A program made the position numbers and the translations under genes. DNA of 64,000 nt from a virus (lineage: Duplodnaviria > Caudoviricetes), in IMG/VR virus record IMGVR_UViG_3300027747_002427; one strand, given 5' to 3'. Positions 28,625-38,420 of the stretch are shown here, piece by piece. The notes under the pieces were generated by a model. It did not search any database and had not been told where the DNA came from. It was given only the letters and a program-made list of their open reading frames with translations. Position 1 is the stretch's first letter. Each line of letters starts with the position of its first letter.

Positions 28625-28993
28625 TATGAAAAATAAAGATCAAATCATGTTAGAGTCTCTGTATACTAATAGTATGAAAAATAAGAACACCAAGCCCGCC
28701 CTCAAAGCTCTCTTCCCTGGCCAGGAGGTCTCTGTAATGGGCTTCAGGGAGTATGGTAAAGTTATCGAGCGTCAAAAGGAGAAGGTTATGGGCAATACTG
28801 TCTATAGGGTCAAGTGTGAGGGTAAGGAGTTTAATGTATCTCGCCGTCAACTTGGCGTTCGAGTTAACAATATCTTTAAGTTCGGTCCTTACAATACAAC
28901 CGATCTTCCTGCTTGAAGTTCTAATCAAATTCCCTTATACTAATAGTATGAAAAATAAAGATCAAATCATGTTAGAGTCTCTGTATACTAATA
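28625..28993 (+). repeat. 47-bp exact direct repeat (28625-28671 and 28947-28993)
   Basis: TATGAAAAATAAAGATCAAATCATGTTAGAGTCTCTGTATACTAATA occurs twice, 322 bp apart. Confidence 0.95.
28674..28916 (+). CDS. Cassette gene (MKNK), SH3/KOW-like, between the 47-bp repeats
   Basis: FPGQEVSV...GKVI...VYRVKC pattern; stop in the next -35 box. Confidence 0.7.
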   Translation: MKNKNTKPALKALFPGQEVSVMGFREYGKVIERQKEKVMGNTVYRVKCEGKEFNVSRRQLGVRVNNIFKFGPYNTTDLPA

Positions 28994-29358
28994 AGGTATT
29001 GAAAGAGGACGAAGAGAATGGAGATAATGTATTAAAGAAGTATACCTATGAGATTCTTTATAGAACTGATTACAAATATGATCCTAAGACAAAGAAGGCT
29101 ATAAGTTGGTCTTATGGTTCTCATTCTAGAGGTTGGCCGGATCTCCGACATGAATTTGCTTATTCTGATGATGATTTTTGGTCTAAGATAGATGATTCTG
29201 GATATAGTGGTGGTAAGGATGAATTAAGAAAATCCATAGTTATTAAAAATGTTGAACCTGCTGATTTGAGAGAGGTTGAGCATGAGAAGAGAAAAAATAA
29301 GGCTATATCAGATTATTATAGTAATGCGAGTAAGACGGGTTCTTATTCGGGTGATTAG
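28948..29358 (+). CDS. Hypothetical protein with DQIMLESLY N-terminal motif
   Basis: Start reassigned to the promoter-linked ATG. Confidence 0.65.
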   Translation: MKNKDQIMLESLYTNKVLKEDEENGDNVLKKYTYEILYRTDYKYDPKTKKAISWSYGSHSRGWPDLRHEFAYSDDDFWSKIDDSGYSGGKDELRKSIVIKNVEPADLREVEHEKRKNKAISDYYSNASKTGSYSGD

Positions 29359-29380
29359 AGGAGGTTTCAGTTTAATAAAG

Positions 29381-29408
29381 AAAAAGGACTCTTCGGAGTC
29401 CTTTTTTT
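29381..29408. terminator. Bidirectional UUCG terminator
   Basis: AAAAAGGACTC-TTCG-GAGTCCTTTTTTT. Confidence 0.9.
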
Positions 29409-30830
29409 ATTGTTTTTCTTTTATGATCTCTTATAATAGAGACTATGAAAATTACTCGTTATGAACCAATATTAGCTGATTGGGGAGAACCGGATATGGT
29501 AGAGGATGATTATGGTTTTTATGTTACTCATTATGAATATACTAAGCTTTTAGAGAAGTATAAGCAATTAAAGAAAGAGAATAGAGAGCTTAAAAAGGCT
29601 TTTGAAGATGAGTATGATTGATTCTAAGAAGATAGCAGTTAAGTTAGGTCATCTCTCTATTGGTAGAGGTATCTATGATAGAGATGGAAAGAAGTATGTA
29701 AATCCTCATACCTTTGGAGATGATGTATATTTGGAAGATCCTACTAACTATCATTATATAAAGTATGAGAATGGTAAATTTGTAGATAGTGATGGATTTG
29801 TTATCTATATCAATTTTTAAGGGTTGAGGTTTCCCTTATAATTTACTATTATATATACATGCTTAAAAGAGATAATTGGACCATAGAAGAAGCAGAAGAT
29901 ATTCTATTAGGGAATACTATTGCCTATACTAAGAGAAACGGAGTCGCTATTGATGATCCGGAGTTCTATAGGAACATGGATCGTAATAAGGGTATCTATA
30001 AGGTTATTAATGATGTTAAGACTTCTCAGAAGTCTATTTGGACTAATAATGAGCTTATAGACCATATTGATAATAATCAGTTTAAGATGGATGATTCCTG
30101 GACCAAAGAGGAATGGGACTCTAAGGGACAATGGAATCAAGGTTTAGAACAATGTGCTATTCAATTTGGAGACTTTAAAGAAGATCCTGAAGAGTCCTAT
30201 AGTGCAATGGCCTATGATACTGAAACAAAGCGAATTTATGTTATTTCCCAACCACTACCACAATGAGAACATTTAATACAAAGAACAAAGAAGGACACCC
30301 TATTACGTTTAAAGGAATCAAGTATCTATTCCTTATTGATGATCAGGGAGTAGGCATTAGGAGAGCAGATAATAAAGTTCCTTTGCCAGAGGACATTGTC
30401 TCTCTTACAGACTATCTCTTTCAAGAAGGATTTGCTAACCCAGAGGATTTTGAAACAGAACAATAATATGAATACGGCTCAACACATTGCAAGTAGGAGG
30501 GTACAAGAATATAAGGTCCAGCTTCGAGGAGCCTATCAGGGGAACTATAGAGTTCTTTGTATGCGTAAAGAAGGTCTAGAGAATGAGACTCTTATTTTTA
30601 CGGATACAGAGAGACCACTTCAAATTTATAATAAGGATATTGAAGAATTGGTTATAGATGCTATATTAACCAAATAATATGCTCGTTTTATTACTCCTTT
30701 TTATTATAGCTTTGTATTATAGAGAGCACGGACCACTCTGAAATTGTACCCCCTTGATAAAAAAATTTTTTTGGCTCGGCGGGTTAATATACTCATTCCG
30801 GCGCGCGCTCTTGGTAAGTAAATAATAACC

Positions 30831-31415
30831 ATGAAAAACAGAGACACAATAATGTTAGAAGAAGCCTATAATTTAATCTTAGAAGCTAAGAAGAAAAAAC
30901 TTACTCCTAAGGAAAAGAAGATTGCAGGTGCAGCAGAGCCTTATGACAAGATCACAAGAGCAGACATTATTACTTTAGCTAAGAACAAGAACAAGAAGAC
31001 AAATAATGAGTCTACTGGACTTGAACAAGCTTATAATCAGCAAGACGAAGTTGCTGCAAAGAAGATCGCTGAGAAATTAAAAGGAACACCTAATTTAAAC
31101 ATTGCAACAATTAAGATGTACGTTGCAAAGTATCTACCCATGATTGGCAAGGGAGAAAGTGATGTAGATCACTTAACAGCATTAGTTCATGATAATCTTT
31201 CTGAATTAGGCTTAGTAGAAGCCTCTGCTGGAATCGAAGATCAAGAAGAGTATCATTGTGATTATGCCGCAGACGGATGCGACTGTGATGGTTGTGAAGA
31301 GTGCAAAGCTAACCAAAAGAAAGAAGTTCAGGAAAATGAGATGAAGTGTGAATACGCTAAGAAGGGTTGTGATTGTGATGGTTGTGAAGAGTGCAAAGCT
31401 AACCAAAAATCCTAA
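30831..31415 (+). CDS. Protein with DTIMLEEAY N-terminus and duplicated Cys-rich C-terminal motif
   Basis: Two CxYxxxGCDCDGCEECKANQK units; 35-bp exact DNA repeat at 31284 and 31374. Confidence 0.65.
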   Translation: MKNRDTIMLEEAYNLILEAKKKKLTPKEKKIAGAAEPYDKITRADIITLAKNKNKKTNNESTGLEQAYNQQDEVAAKKIAEKLKGTPNLNIATIKMYVAKYLPMIGKGESDVDHLTALVHDNLSELGLVEASAGIEDQEEYHCDYAADGCDCDGCEECKANQKKEVQENEMKCEYAKKGCDCDGCEECKANQKS

Positions 31416-31498
31416 ATAAAGATAGCAAACCCCCGGCGCCTCTTGACAATGCGTAATTCCGGGGGTATTTTTTGGAGTAAAACAATCTAAGTATTCTT

Positions 31499-31939
31499 AT
31501 GGAATATCTAGACTTTAGTTGCAGAAGAATAGCTAAAAGAGATCTTTCTTTTTGGATAGATGTTTATAAGGATTCTACAACATTGGACAACATGAATAGT
31601 ATTCCTGACTTTAAGGATACTAATGATCTCTGGCATCATTTAAATAAGATAGACAGATACGTTGTTTTTTCAGCGGAGGACGGAATGGAAAAAGAAGTTA
31701 TAGGAGGTTTTTCCTTTTATAATAGAAAAGACGAAGAAGCAACTTTTGGATTAGTTACTCATCCAAAATTTCGTGGGCTGGGATTTGGTTATGTTATTAT
31801 AGACTGGTTAACTGATATGGCCAAAGACCTTGGTATTAAAACTTTAAAGGCTGATGTCTATTCTGACAACGAAGCTTGTTTGAATGTACTTCGTAAAAAA
31901 GGTTTTAGAGAGCTGGTTTATCTTGAGAAGCACCTCTAA
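31499..31939 (+). CDS. GNAT acetyltransferase
   Basis: VTHPKFRGLGFG motif A; VYSDNEAC...KKGF motif B. Confidence 0.85.
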   Translation: MEYLDFSCRRIAKRDLSFWIDVYKDSTTLDNMNSIPDFKDTNDLWHHLNKIDRYVVFSAEDGMEKEVIGGFSFYNRKDEEATFGLVTHPKFRGLGFGYVIIDWLTDMAKDLGIKTLKADVYSDNEACLNVLRKKGFRELVYLEKHL

Positions 31940-32285
31940 GCTTTAGCATATACTTGATCTCTTCTACAATAGTAATATCTTCTTTGGTATAGATCTTAAT
32001 ATTCCCTTTACTAACATCATTTTCATCAATATTAGTAATAACATAGATATAGAAATCTGGATTATTTTGAAGTTGATTGTGACTAGCTTTCTCTAACCAT
32101 CTACCTTCTAGTCTCTTCTTAGTGGTTGCTTTGACTTCAATATAACGGGTCTCCTTTGGGTTACCGGTACAAAGATCCCACCCACAACCTTTGCTCTTGG
32201 GTCTAAAAATTAATCTCCCCTGTTCCTTTTCATAGGCAATAACTAAATCCGTGCCAATCTTTTCAATATCTAAGTTTTTAATCAT
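31905..32285 (-). CDS. Stand-alone DUF3883/NO VEIN C-terminal-like PD-(D/E)XK nuclease
   Basis: VIAYEKEQGR...GWDL...YIEVKAT...FYIYVI pattern. Confidence 0.7.
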   Translation of the reverse strand: MIKNLDIEKIGTDLVIAYEKEQGRLIFRPKSKGCGWDLCTGNPKETRYIEVKATTKKRLEGRWLEKASHNQLQNNPDFYIYVITNIDENDVSKGNIKIYTKEDITIVEEIKYMLKLRGASQDKPAL

Positions 32286-32334
32286 ATAATATTATACTAT
32301 AGAATATTAGGCATTACCAGCCTAAATATAGCAT

Positions 32335-32766
32335 ATGTTATCATTTAAGGAGTATTTTGAAGAGGCGGAATTAACTCAAAGAACGGGTCATAAAGGGTTT
32401 ACTGGAAGAGTGTTTGTTTACTTTAATATCAATCTTTCGGACAAATTAAAGACCCCCTATTTTTCTGTTAAGAATATGAGTACTGGAAGAGTCATTGGTC
32501 ATGAGACTTCCTTTATGGTAAGAGATGCAACCTTTAAAGTTAGTGCAGCTGGTAATGAAAGAGTAAATCGAGAAGGTAAAAAGAATGTTCATGCTGGGGT
32601 AGTGGGTTATTTGGTTCATGAAGAACCGCGTGCTCTTGACACCCCAGTTACCTATAATCCTTACAAATATAAAACTTTCGTTAAAGTGGCGGATGAAACT
32701 CCAGTACATTCAGCGGATTTAGTTTCTTTTGCAAATAGAAGGCTTACAGCTGAAAATGTAAAATAG
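32335..32766 (+). CDS. Conserved phage protein with capsid-targeting-like N-terminus
   Basis: MLSFKEYFEEA; VFVYFN...FKVSAAGNERVNREGKKNVHA. Confidence 0.65.
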   Translation: MLSFKEYFEEAELTQRTGHKGFTGRVFVYFNINLSDKLKTPYFSVKNMSTGRVIGHETSFMVRDATFKVSAAGNERVNREGKKNVHAGVVGYLVHEEPRALDTPVTYNPYKYKTFVKVADETPVHSADLVSFANRRLTAENVK

Positions 32767-32794
32767 TGCACATTACAGACTAATTATTATACAA

Positions 32795-33622
32795 ATGAAT
32801 AAAGATCAAATTAACTTACAAGAAGTTTATAGTAGAATCTACCTTAAGGAAGATGAAAATTTTAGTGATCAAATAAATCCTTCAGCTCAAGAGAGAGCAG
32901 AATCTGTTTATGGCGAAGAGATTCCACCTGTAGAAGGTGAGAGTGAAGAACTAGGAGAAGATTCTAATAATTCTGTCAAAATGCCCAACAGAGTAGCTCA
33001 TATGGTCAAGGTAATGAAGAGTAAGGGAGAATCTTCAGACTACGTTACGGGTTATCTTATGAGTATGATTCAGAATACTATTGATGTTCCTAATATGCCT
33101 AGCCTTCAAGATCAGATTGATTGGGCAATAAATCATTACGAAAAAAAGACTCTTCCTGAGGAAGATGAAACCCAAGAAAAGATGAACGAGGATTCTAAAT
33201 CAGGTTCTTACACTCTTTATTATAAAGATTCTGAAGCAAAGAAGACAAGTGCTTGGTATACATCTGAGACTTTAGAAGATTTAGTCAATCAAGTCAACAA
33301 AGGTAATAAAGGAATGGATTATGATTTGCCAGTTGTTGATGAAGACCGAGTATTTAAAAACAAGGAAGAGCTTTTAGATTTTTGTTCTCATAGTGACTTC
33401 TTTATCAAAGGACCGGATGGTAATTTAGTATCAGGTTATCCAGTTAAGCCAGGAGATTGGGAAAATGATATTAACGAGAAGAAGGAAAAATTTACAATTA
33501 ATACACCAACTCAAGGTCAATTGATTTCTAAGACTAGAGCACCAGTTCACAAGCCTACAATGCAAATCAAACCCAAGAAGGGAATATATAATCGCCAACA
33601 ATTCAAAAAGGATTATGAGTAA
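32795..33622 (+). CDS. Modular acidic protein with DQINLQEVY N-terminus
   Basis: Several xxE-type junctions; internal segment of the KSPDY paralog family. Confidence 0.55.
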   Translation: MNKDQINLQEVYSRIYLKEDENFSDQINPSAQERAESVYGEEIPPVEGESEELGEDSNNSVKMPNRVAHMVKVMKSKGESSDYVTGYLMSMIQNTIDVPNMPSLQDQIDWAINHYEKKTLPEEDETQEKMNEDSKSGSYTLYYKDSEAKKTSAWYTSETLEDLVNQVNKGNKGMDYDLPVVDEDRVFKNKEELLDFCSHSDFFIKGPDGNLVSGYPVKPGDWENDINEKKEKFTINTPTQGQLISKTRAPVHKPTMQIKPKKGIYNRQQFKKDYE

Positions 33623-35235
33623 ATTCCAAAATCTCTATGAGTCACTTCTCTTAGAGATGCCACATATTTCTTTTGAAAAGAATGGCAAACATTTTGATTT
33701 TGATTTAGAATTAGAAAAACATCAGAAGGACTGGTATGGATTAGTGCGTTTAATGCATAATATTCTAGGGTCCAATTCAGTTAAAGACAAGTATGGTAAT
33801 GTTTTAAGTCTACAAACTTCAGATGAAAAGGAAGCATTTGTAGAAGAGTTAAGAAACAATCCTATGTTTACTACTTTCATTAAAAGGTTTTATAATAAAG
33901 ATTTTAATGATCTTTTAGATTTAAGTCATTATACTCCTAAAATAAACGTAGCACATAAGAACAATACAACACCACAAGGGACAACCAATTATGGCAAAGG
34001 TGTTTCTGCCAATTTAAAATCTTCTATGGGAGATCAATTACCAACGGGCAATAGTGCCGCTATGTAAGTAAATATAACAATGCGTACCTTTGACACAATT
34101 ATTTTAGGAGAAGCTTATTCTAAAGTTCGTACTATAGAAGAAGCTAAGTTTCGTGATATAGCTGCCGCAGCGGCTTTAGGTCTTTCTGGTCTTACAGGTG
34201 CTCATGCTACTACAGCCGACGATCAAGCAGATACTCATGGACTTAATCCTCCGATTGTACAACAAGCAACAAAGGAAGAGCCAACTGAAACCAATTATCA
34301 TAAGGCTAAAGTAGCTTATGATAAGGCAGTCAAAGAAAAAAAGGCAGATATAGAGACTTTAAAAAATATATCCTTAGATACAGACTATGCAAAAAGATAT
34401 GCAGGTCATTTAGTTTTAATGGGCCATGATGTTCCTGATATCATCAGAGATGCAGCAAAGGGTTCAGCAGAAGAAACTGAAAAGGCTTTACAAAGCCAAG
34501 ATTTGAATTAATTTTTAATTCGAGGTTTACGTTTTTTGGGACGAGTTTTTTCTTGATAATCTCTATTTAAATCTTGTTGTTCTTGTAACACAGAACCATC
34601 GATAAAGGCTCTCCAAGCAATTACGCCTTGTAATATAACATTTAAAAATATTATAGTAGCTCTTACTTCATTTATACCGTGAAACCCACCGTCTGCGGAA
34701 TCTGTGTGATGAGAAAGATCGGATATTAAAGATGTTATCATAGCAACACTAGCATAGAGACAAAGTTTGACTTTAACGCTACTAATAGAAACCACCGATC
34801 TAACTGGTTCTTTTCTTTTTATTGCCATATCAATACTTAGACTTTAATTTGGGACCAATTACGCGTAAATAATAGCAAATAAGTTATGACACTTAAAGAT
34901 ATTCAAGATTTAATAGATTCAACAAACCTAGCGTTGCTAGAAGATTTTCGCATAGTACATCATCGCGATCCGAAAGATAAAGAGCTTTTATTACATTTAA
35001 AACACGTCCTTAAAGAAGGATATCAAGAAGACGTATTAGCTGAAGTTTTATCAGATGATGTAAATTGTCCACAAGACTATTACAAGCTCTTATTATTAGT
35101 TGCGGCTACCCAATAAATTTTATTTCTCAATACTATTCAGAAATAAAGCCGTTAAAATAAGGCCTCCAAATACAAGTTTAAAGAAGAAATAAAGCTCTGG
35201 ACTCATACTAATACTTAGGGGGTAAAAGGAGAGTA

Positions 35236-35943
35236 TTAGATGGATATTTCTGTTTCAAAAAACTTTTTAAAGGTTTCTAAGGATAATTCTTTATCAAATA
35301 AAGATTTGCGATAATCAGCTATTTTTTGTAAATGACCACTGTAGCGTAAAGTCTTGAAAACTAAGTTACCTATAGAATATTCTCCTCCCTCTGCTAAACT
35401 CGTAGTTCTCAATTGTTTTAATTCGTCTCTTAAAGCTTTAAACTCTTTTAAAGGAGCTTTTTGAACAACCATGTCATCTATTCTATTTTGAAATTCATGA
35501 GCTAGAGTTAAAACCTCTGGGTCATTTAAAGAGTTTGTAGGTTCTTGTGGTACTACTAACCACACATCTTTAATTAAATCATAGATTCCTTTACCTTGAT
35601 ATTCAGCTTCTAAATCTTTTAAATTTACTTCTACCTTATATCCTTTTATTGTTATATCATGTGAATCATTAAAATCCTTACTCTTTACTCTGAAATAATC
35701 TAAAACAGTTTCTTTACAGGTATCTTCTTTTGGGTCTGCAATAATATGAAGATCCCAATCACTTTCGGGTCTCCATTGATAGGTGCAAAGTGAACCAGTG
35801 AGAATAATGTGCTTTATAGTTATAGGAGCAACCACATCATCTAAGAATTCTTTTGATATGGATAACAAAGCTTTTTTAATGTCTGGATGTAGTTTTCTTT
35901 CACTATCCCAAACTCTTGGATTTAATTCTGAAGGCATTATCAA
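35236..35943 (-). CDS. DNA polymerase beta-superfamily nucleotidyltransferase
   Basis: ILTGS...SDWDLHII catalytic motif; TAAGTA upstream. Confidence 0.8.
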   Translation of the reverse strand: MIMPSELNPRVWDSERKLHPDIKKALLSISKEFLDDVVAPITIKHIILTGSLCTYQWRPESDWDLHIIADPKEDTCKETVLDYFRVKSKDFNDSHDITIKGYKVEVNLKDLEAEYQGKGIYDLIKDVWLVVPQEPTNSLNDPEVLTLAHEFQNRIDDMVVQKAPLKEFKALRDELKQLRTTSLAEGGEYSIGNLVFKTLRYSGHLQKIADYRKSLFDKELSLETFKKFFETEISI

Positions 35944-36460
35944 ATTACTTATTGCATTCCCTCCAAAAATCTTTTATTTTAATTAAAGATGATTTTATCA
36001 AATACACCCTTTCAGTGGTAAATAGTAAAAATGATTATTAAGGCAAAATATATCACAGCCCTAATTTTAATTGTTTTATTTTCCAGTGCTTTAATTTATG
36101 AAGTAACTGAAGGATCCAATAGTTTTGCTTTCATATTACTTGGTATATCATTAGGATCAGTTTTGGGTGTTACTTCTTATTGTGCATCAGTTCATTGGGG
36201 TTCAAGATTGTTATCTAAAATTTTTAAAGATTTTTAATCATGTTTAAAGTGGATGATTATGTCACCAAAGAAGGTGATAGGTTTTATGTAGATACCGAGG
36301 AATGGAAAAAGGGTCCAGAGACGGGTATAGAAGAAGGGGATATTATTAAATTTAATTTTGATGGTAAAAGATATATTGCCAAGGTTGTAAAATTTGGTAA
36401 TGAACCTGGACTTTTTGAGTTGATAAATGTTAAAGAAGTAGTTAAGATTTAATCTTAATT

Positions 36461-37402
36461 ATGAAAGACATATCTTTGTATTACGACGATATATATCTCG
36501 TTCCTCAATATTCTGAATTAAAAAGTAGAAGTGGAGCTGATACATCATTAACGTTTGGAAATCACAAATTCAAGCTTCCTATTGTTCCTTCTAATATGAA
36601 GGCAGTGATTAATGAAGAATGGTCAAAGTGGCTTTCTGAAAATGAATACTTTTATGTTATGCATCGTTTCAATAGTGCTACAGTGCCTTTTGTAAGAAAT
36701 GCTAATACAGAGAATTGGAAGACTATTAGTATTTCTACTGGAGTTAATGAAGAGAGTTTAGCCGAATTAGAAATTTTAAAAAATGATGGATGTAGAATTG
36801 ATTTTATAACAATTGATGTAGCTCATGGACATCATATTAAAGTGGCAGAACGTATTGAAGATGTTAAAACTTTATTCCCAAATACTTTTATTATTGCTGG
36901 TAATACATCATCTCCCGAAGCAACAGAAGAGTTAGAGCAATGGGGAGCAGATGCTACTAAATGTTTAATTGGTACTGGAAGTGCTTGTTCGACAAAATAT
37001 CAAACCGGATTTCATGTACCTTCATTTTCTTGTATTCAAGAATGTGCATCAGTAGCAAAGAAACCTATTGTTGCAGACGGCGGAGCCAAGTATTATGGGG
37101 ATATAGCTAAATCTTTAGTTGCCGGTGCTACTATGGTTATGAGTGGTGGAATGTTTGCCGCTTGTTCCGATTCACCAGCACCAGAGATTAATGGTAAGAA
37201 AAGATATTTTGGAAATGCTTCCGCTGTAGCAAAGGGTAAGAATCTTCATGTAGAAGGTTTTGATTTGCAAATTGAAGATGCGGGAATAAGTTTAGAAGAA
37301 AGATTAAACGAAATTCATCAAGCTTTACAAAGTTCTATTAGCTATGCTGGTGGATGGGATTTAAGATGTTTTCAACACGTAAAATATGTCAGACTCAAAT
37401 AA
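36461..37402 (+). CDS. guaC: GMP reductase
   Basis: FKLPIVPSNM, YFYVMHRF, TIDVAHGH, IIAGN, IGTGSAC, ADGG and LQSSISYAGG match the Bacillus-type GuaC pattern. Confidence 0.85.
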   Translation: MKDISLYYDDIYLVPQYSELKSRSGADTSLTFGNHKFKLPIVPSNMKAVINEEWSKWLSENEYFYVMHRFNSATVPFVRNANTENWKTISISTGVNEESLAELEILKNDGCRIDFITIDVAHGHHIKVAERIEDVKTLFPNTFIIAGNTSSPEATEELEQWGADATKCLIGTGSACSTKYQTGFHVPSFSCIQECASVAKKPIVADGGAKYYGDIAKSLVAGATMVMSGGMFAACSDSPAPEINGKKRYFGNASAVAKGKNLHVEGFDLQIEDAGISLEERLNEIHQALQSSISYAGGWDLRCFQHVKYVRLK

Positions 37403-38420
37403 TAATCCAGAATTAAAAGAAGAATATCTTTATCTAGTTACTGGTAAAGATAAAGATGATTTTGGCAATTCTCACAACGAAGTAGCACAATATCGCAAAG
37501 GTAAATTTTGGTTTTTTGGTTGGGAGATACCAGAACCTATAGAAAAATTTGCTTCTTGGAAAGAGTTAGTAGTAGCTCTTAAAAATGAATAAAAGAGAAA
37601 AGTTACAATTGAGTAATGAAGTTATTGGTTGGTTGAGTAAAGAAGTAACAGAGATTAGACACATTATAAAAAGAATAAAAGCAACCTCTCATATTGAAGG
37701 TTATATGGTTGGAGAATATGATAAAGATGATTTGGATTATCTAGAAGAAAAAATAAAAGAATTAGAGTGCCGTTCCGCGTTTGAATCGCGTAATATTAAA
37801 AAAATAAGATATGAAGACTGAATTAAAAAATCTAACAGATCGTATTCACCAATTAGCTCAAAAGGTTAAAGCTACTAATATCCAAGAAGTAGTTGATGAC
37901 CCGGAATGGCAAGAACTTCGCCTTTGGCTTAAAGGTAAGTGGGCAGCTCATGGACCGGAGTGTGTTCGTCGCTTGAGAGAATATTTTGAAAAGGATAAGA
38001 CAAATCCTTGGAGGGTTCGTCGTGTATTAAATTATGTTACTTGTTCAGGATTTAGAACTGGTGCTATCAAAGAACCTTCTGTTGATGCTCTTAGAGAAGA
38101 TGTTCGTAACACCTGGCAGCAGCTTTTAGGTGATAAAGCTACGCATAAATCGGGCGGTAAGTTGTAAGTAGATTTGATGTCTAAACTTACAGATAGAAGT
38201 ACAGCACCTAAAAAGTTATCTAAAACAGATAAAAAAAACTTTTGGAGAGCTAAGAAAAAAATAGCTTATCAAGATCTTAAACAAGCCAAAAAAACTAATA
38301 ACATTGGTTGGGTTAAGATGCTTCATAAGCGTATTAACAAGTATAATAGTCATATAGGAGAGTCTTTTGATAGCAAGGTTAAAACCATATTAGAATCCCT
38401 TTAAGAGTAAATATAGTTAG

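Larger units (their letters stand above)
18403..28958 (+). repeat. Dispersed ~45-bp promoter/start repeat, about 25 copies: TTGAnn-tttcccmcmtaaa..-TATACT/TATAAT-AA[GT]AGT-ATGAAAAATAA
   Basis: ATGs at 18438, 18657, 18928, 19352, 19909, 20129, 20611, 21086, 21788, 22369, 22749, 23137, 24128, 24739, 24923, 25186, 25544, 26079, 26431, 27169, 27573, 27841, 28102, 28674 and 28948. Confidence 0.92.

Noticed and set aside
18403-28958. Integron (attC) cassette array
   Set aside because: The repeats are promoters, not RYYYAAC/GTTRRRY palindromic attC sites, and no tyrosine integrase is in the window.
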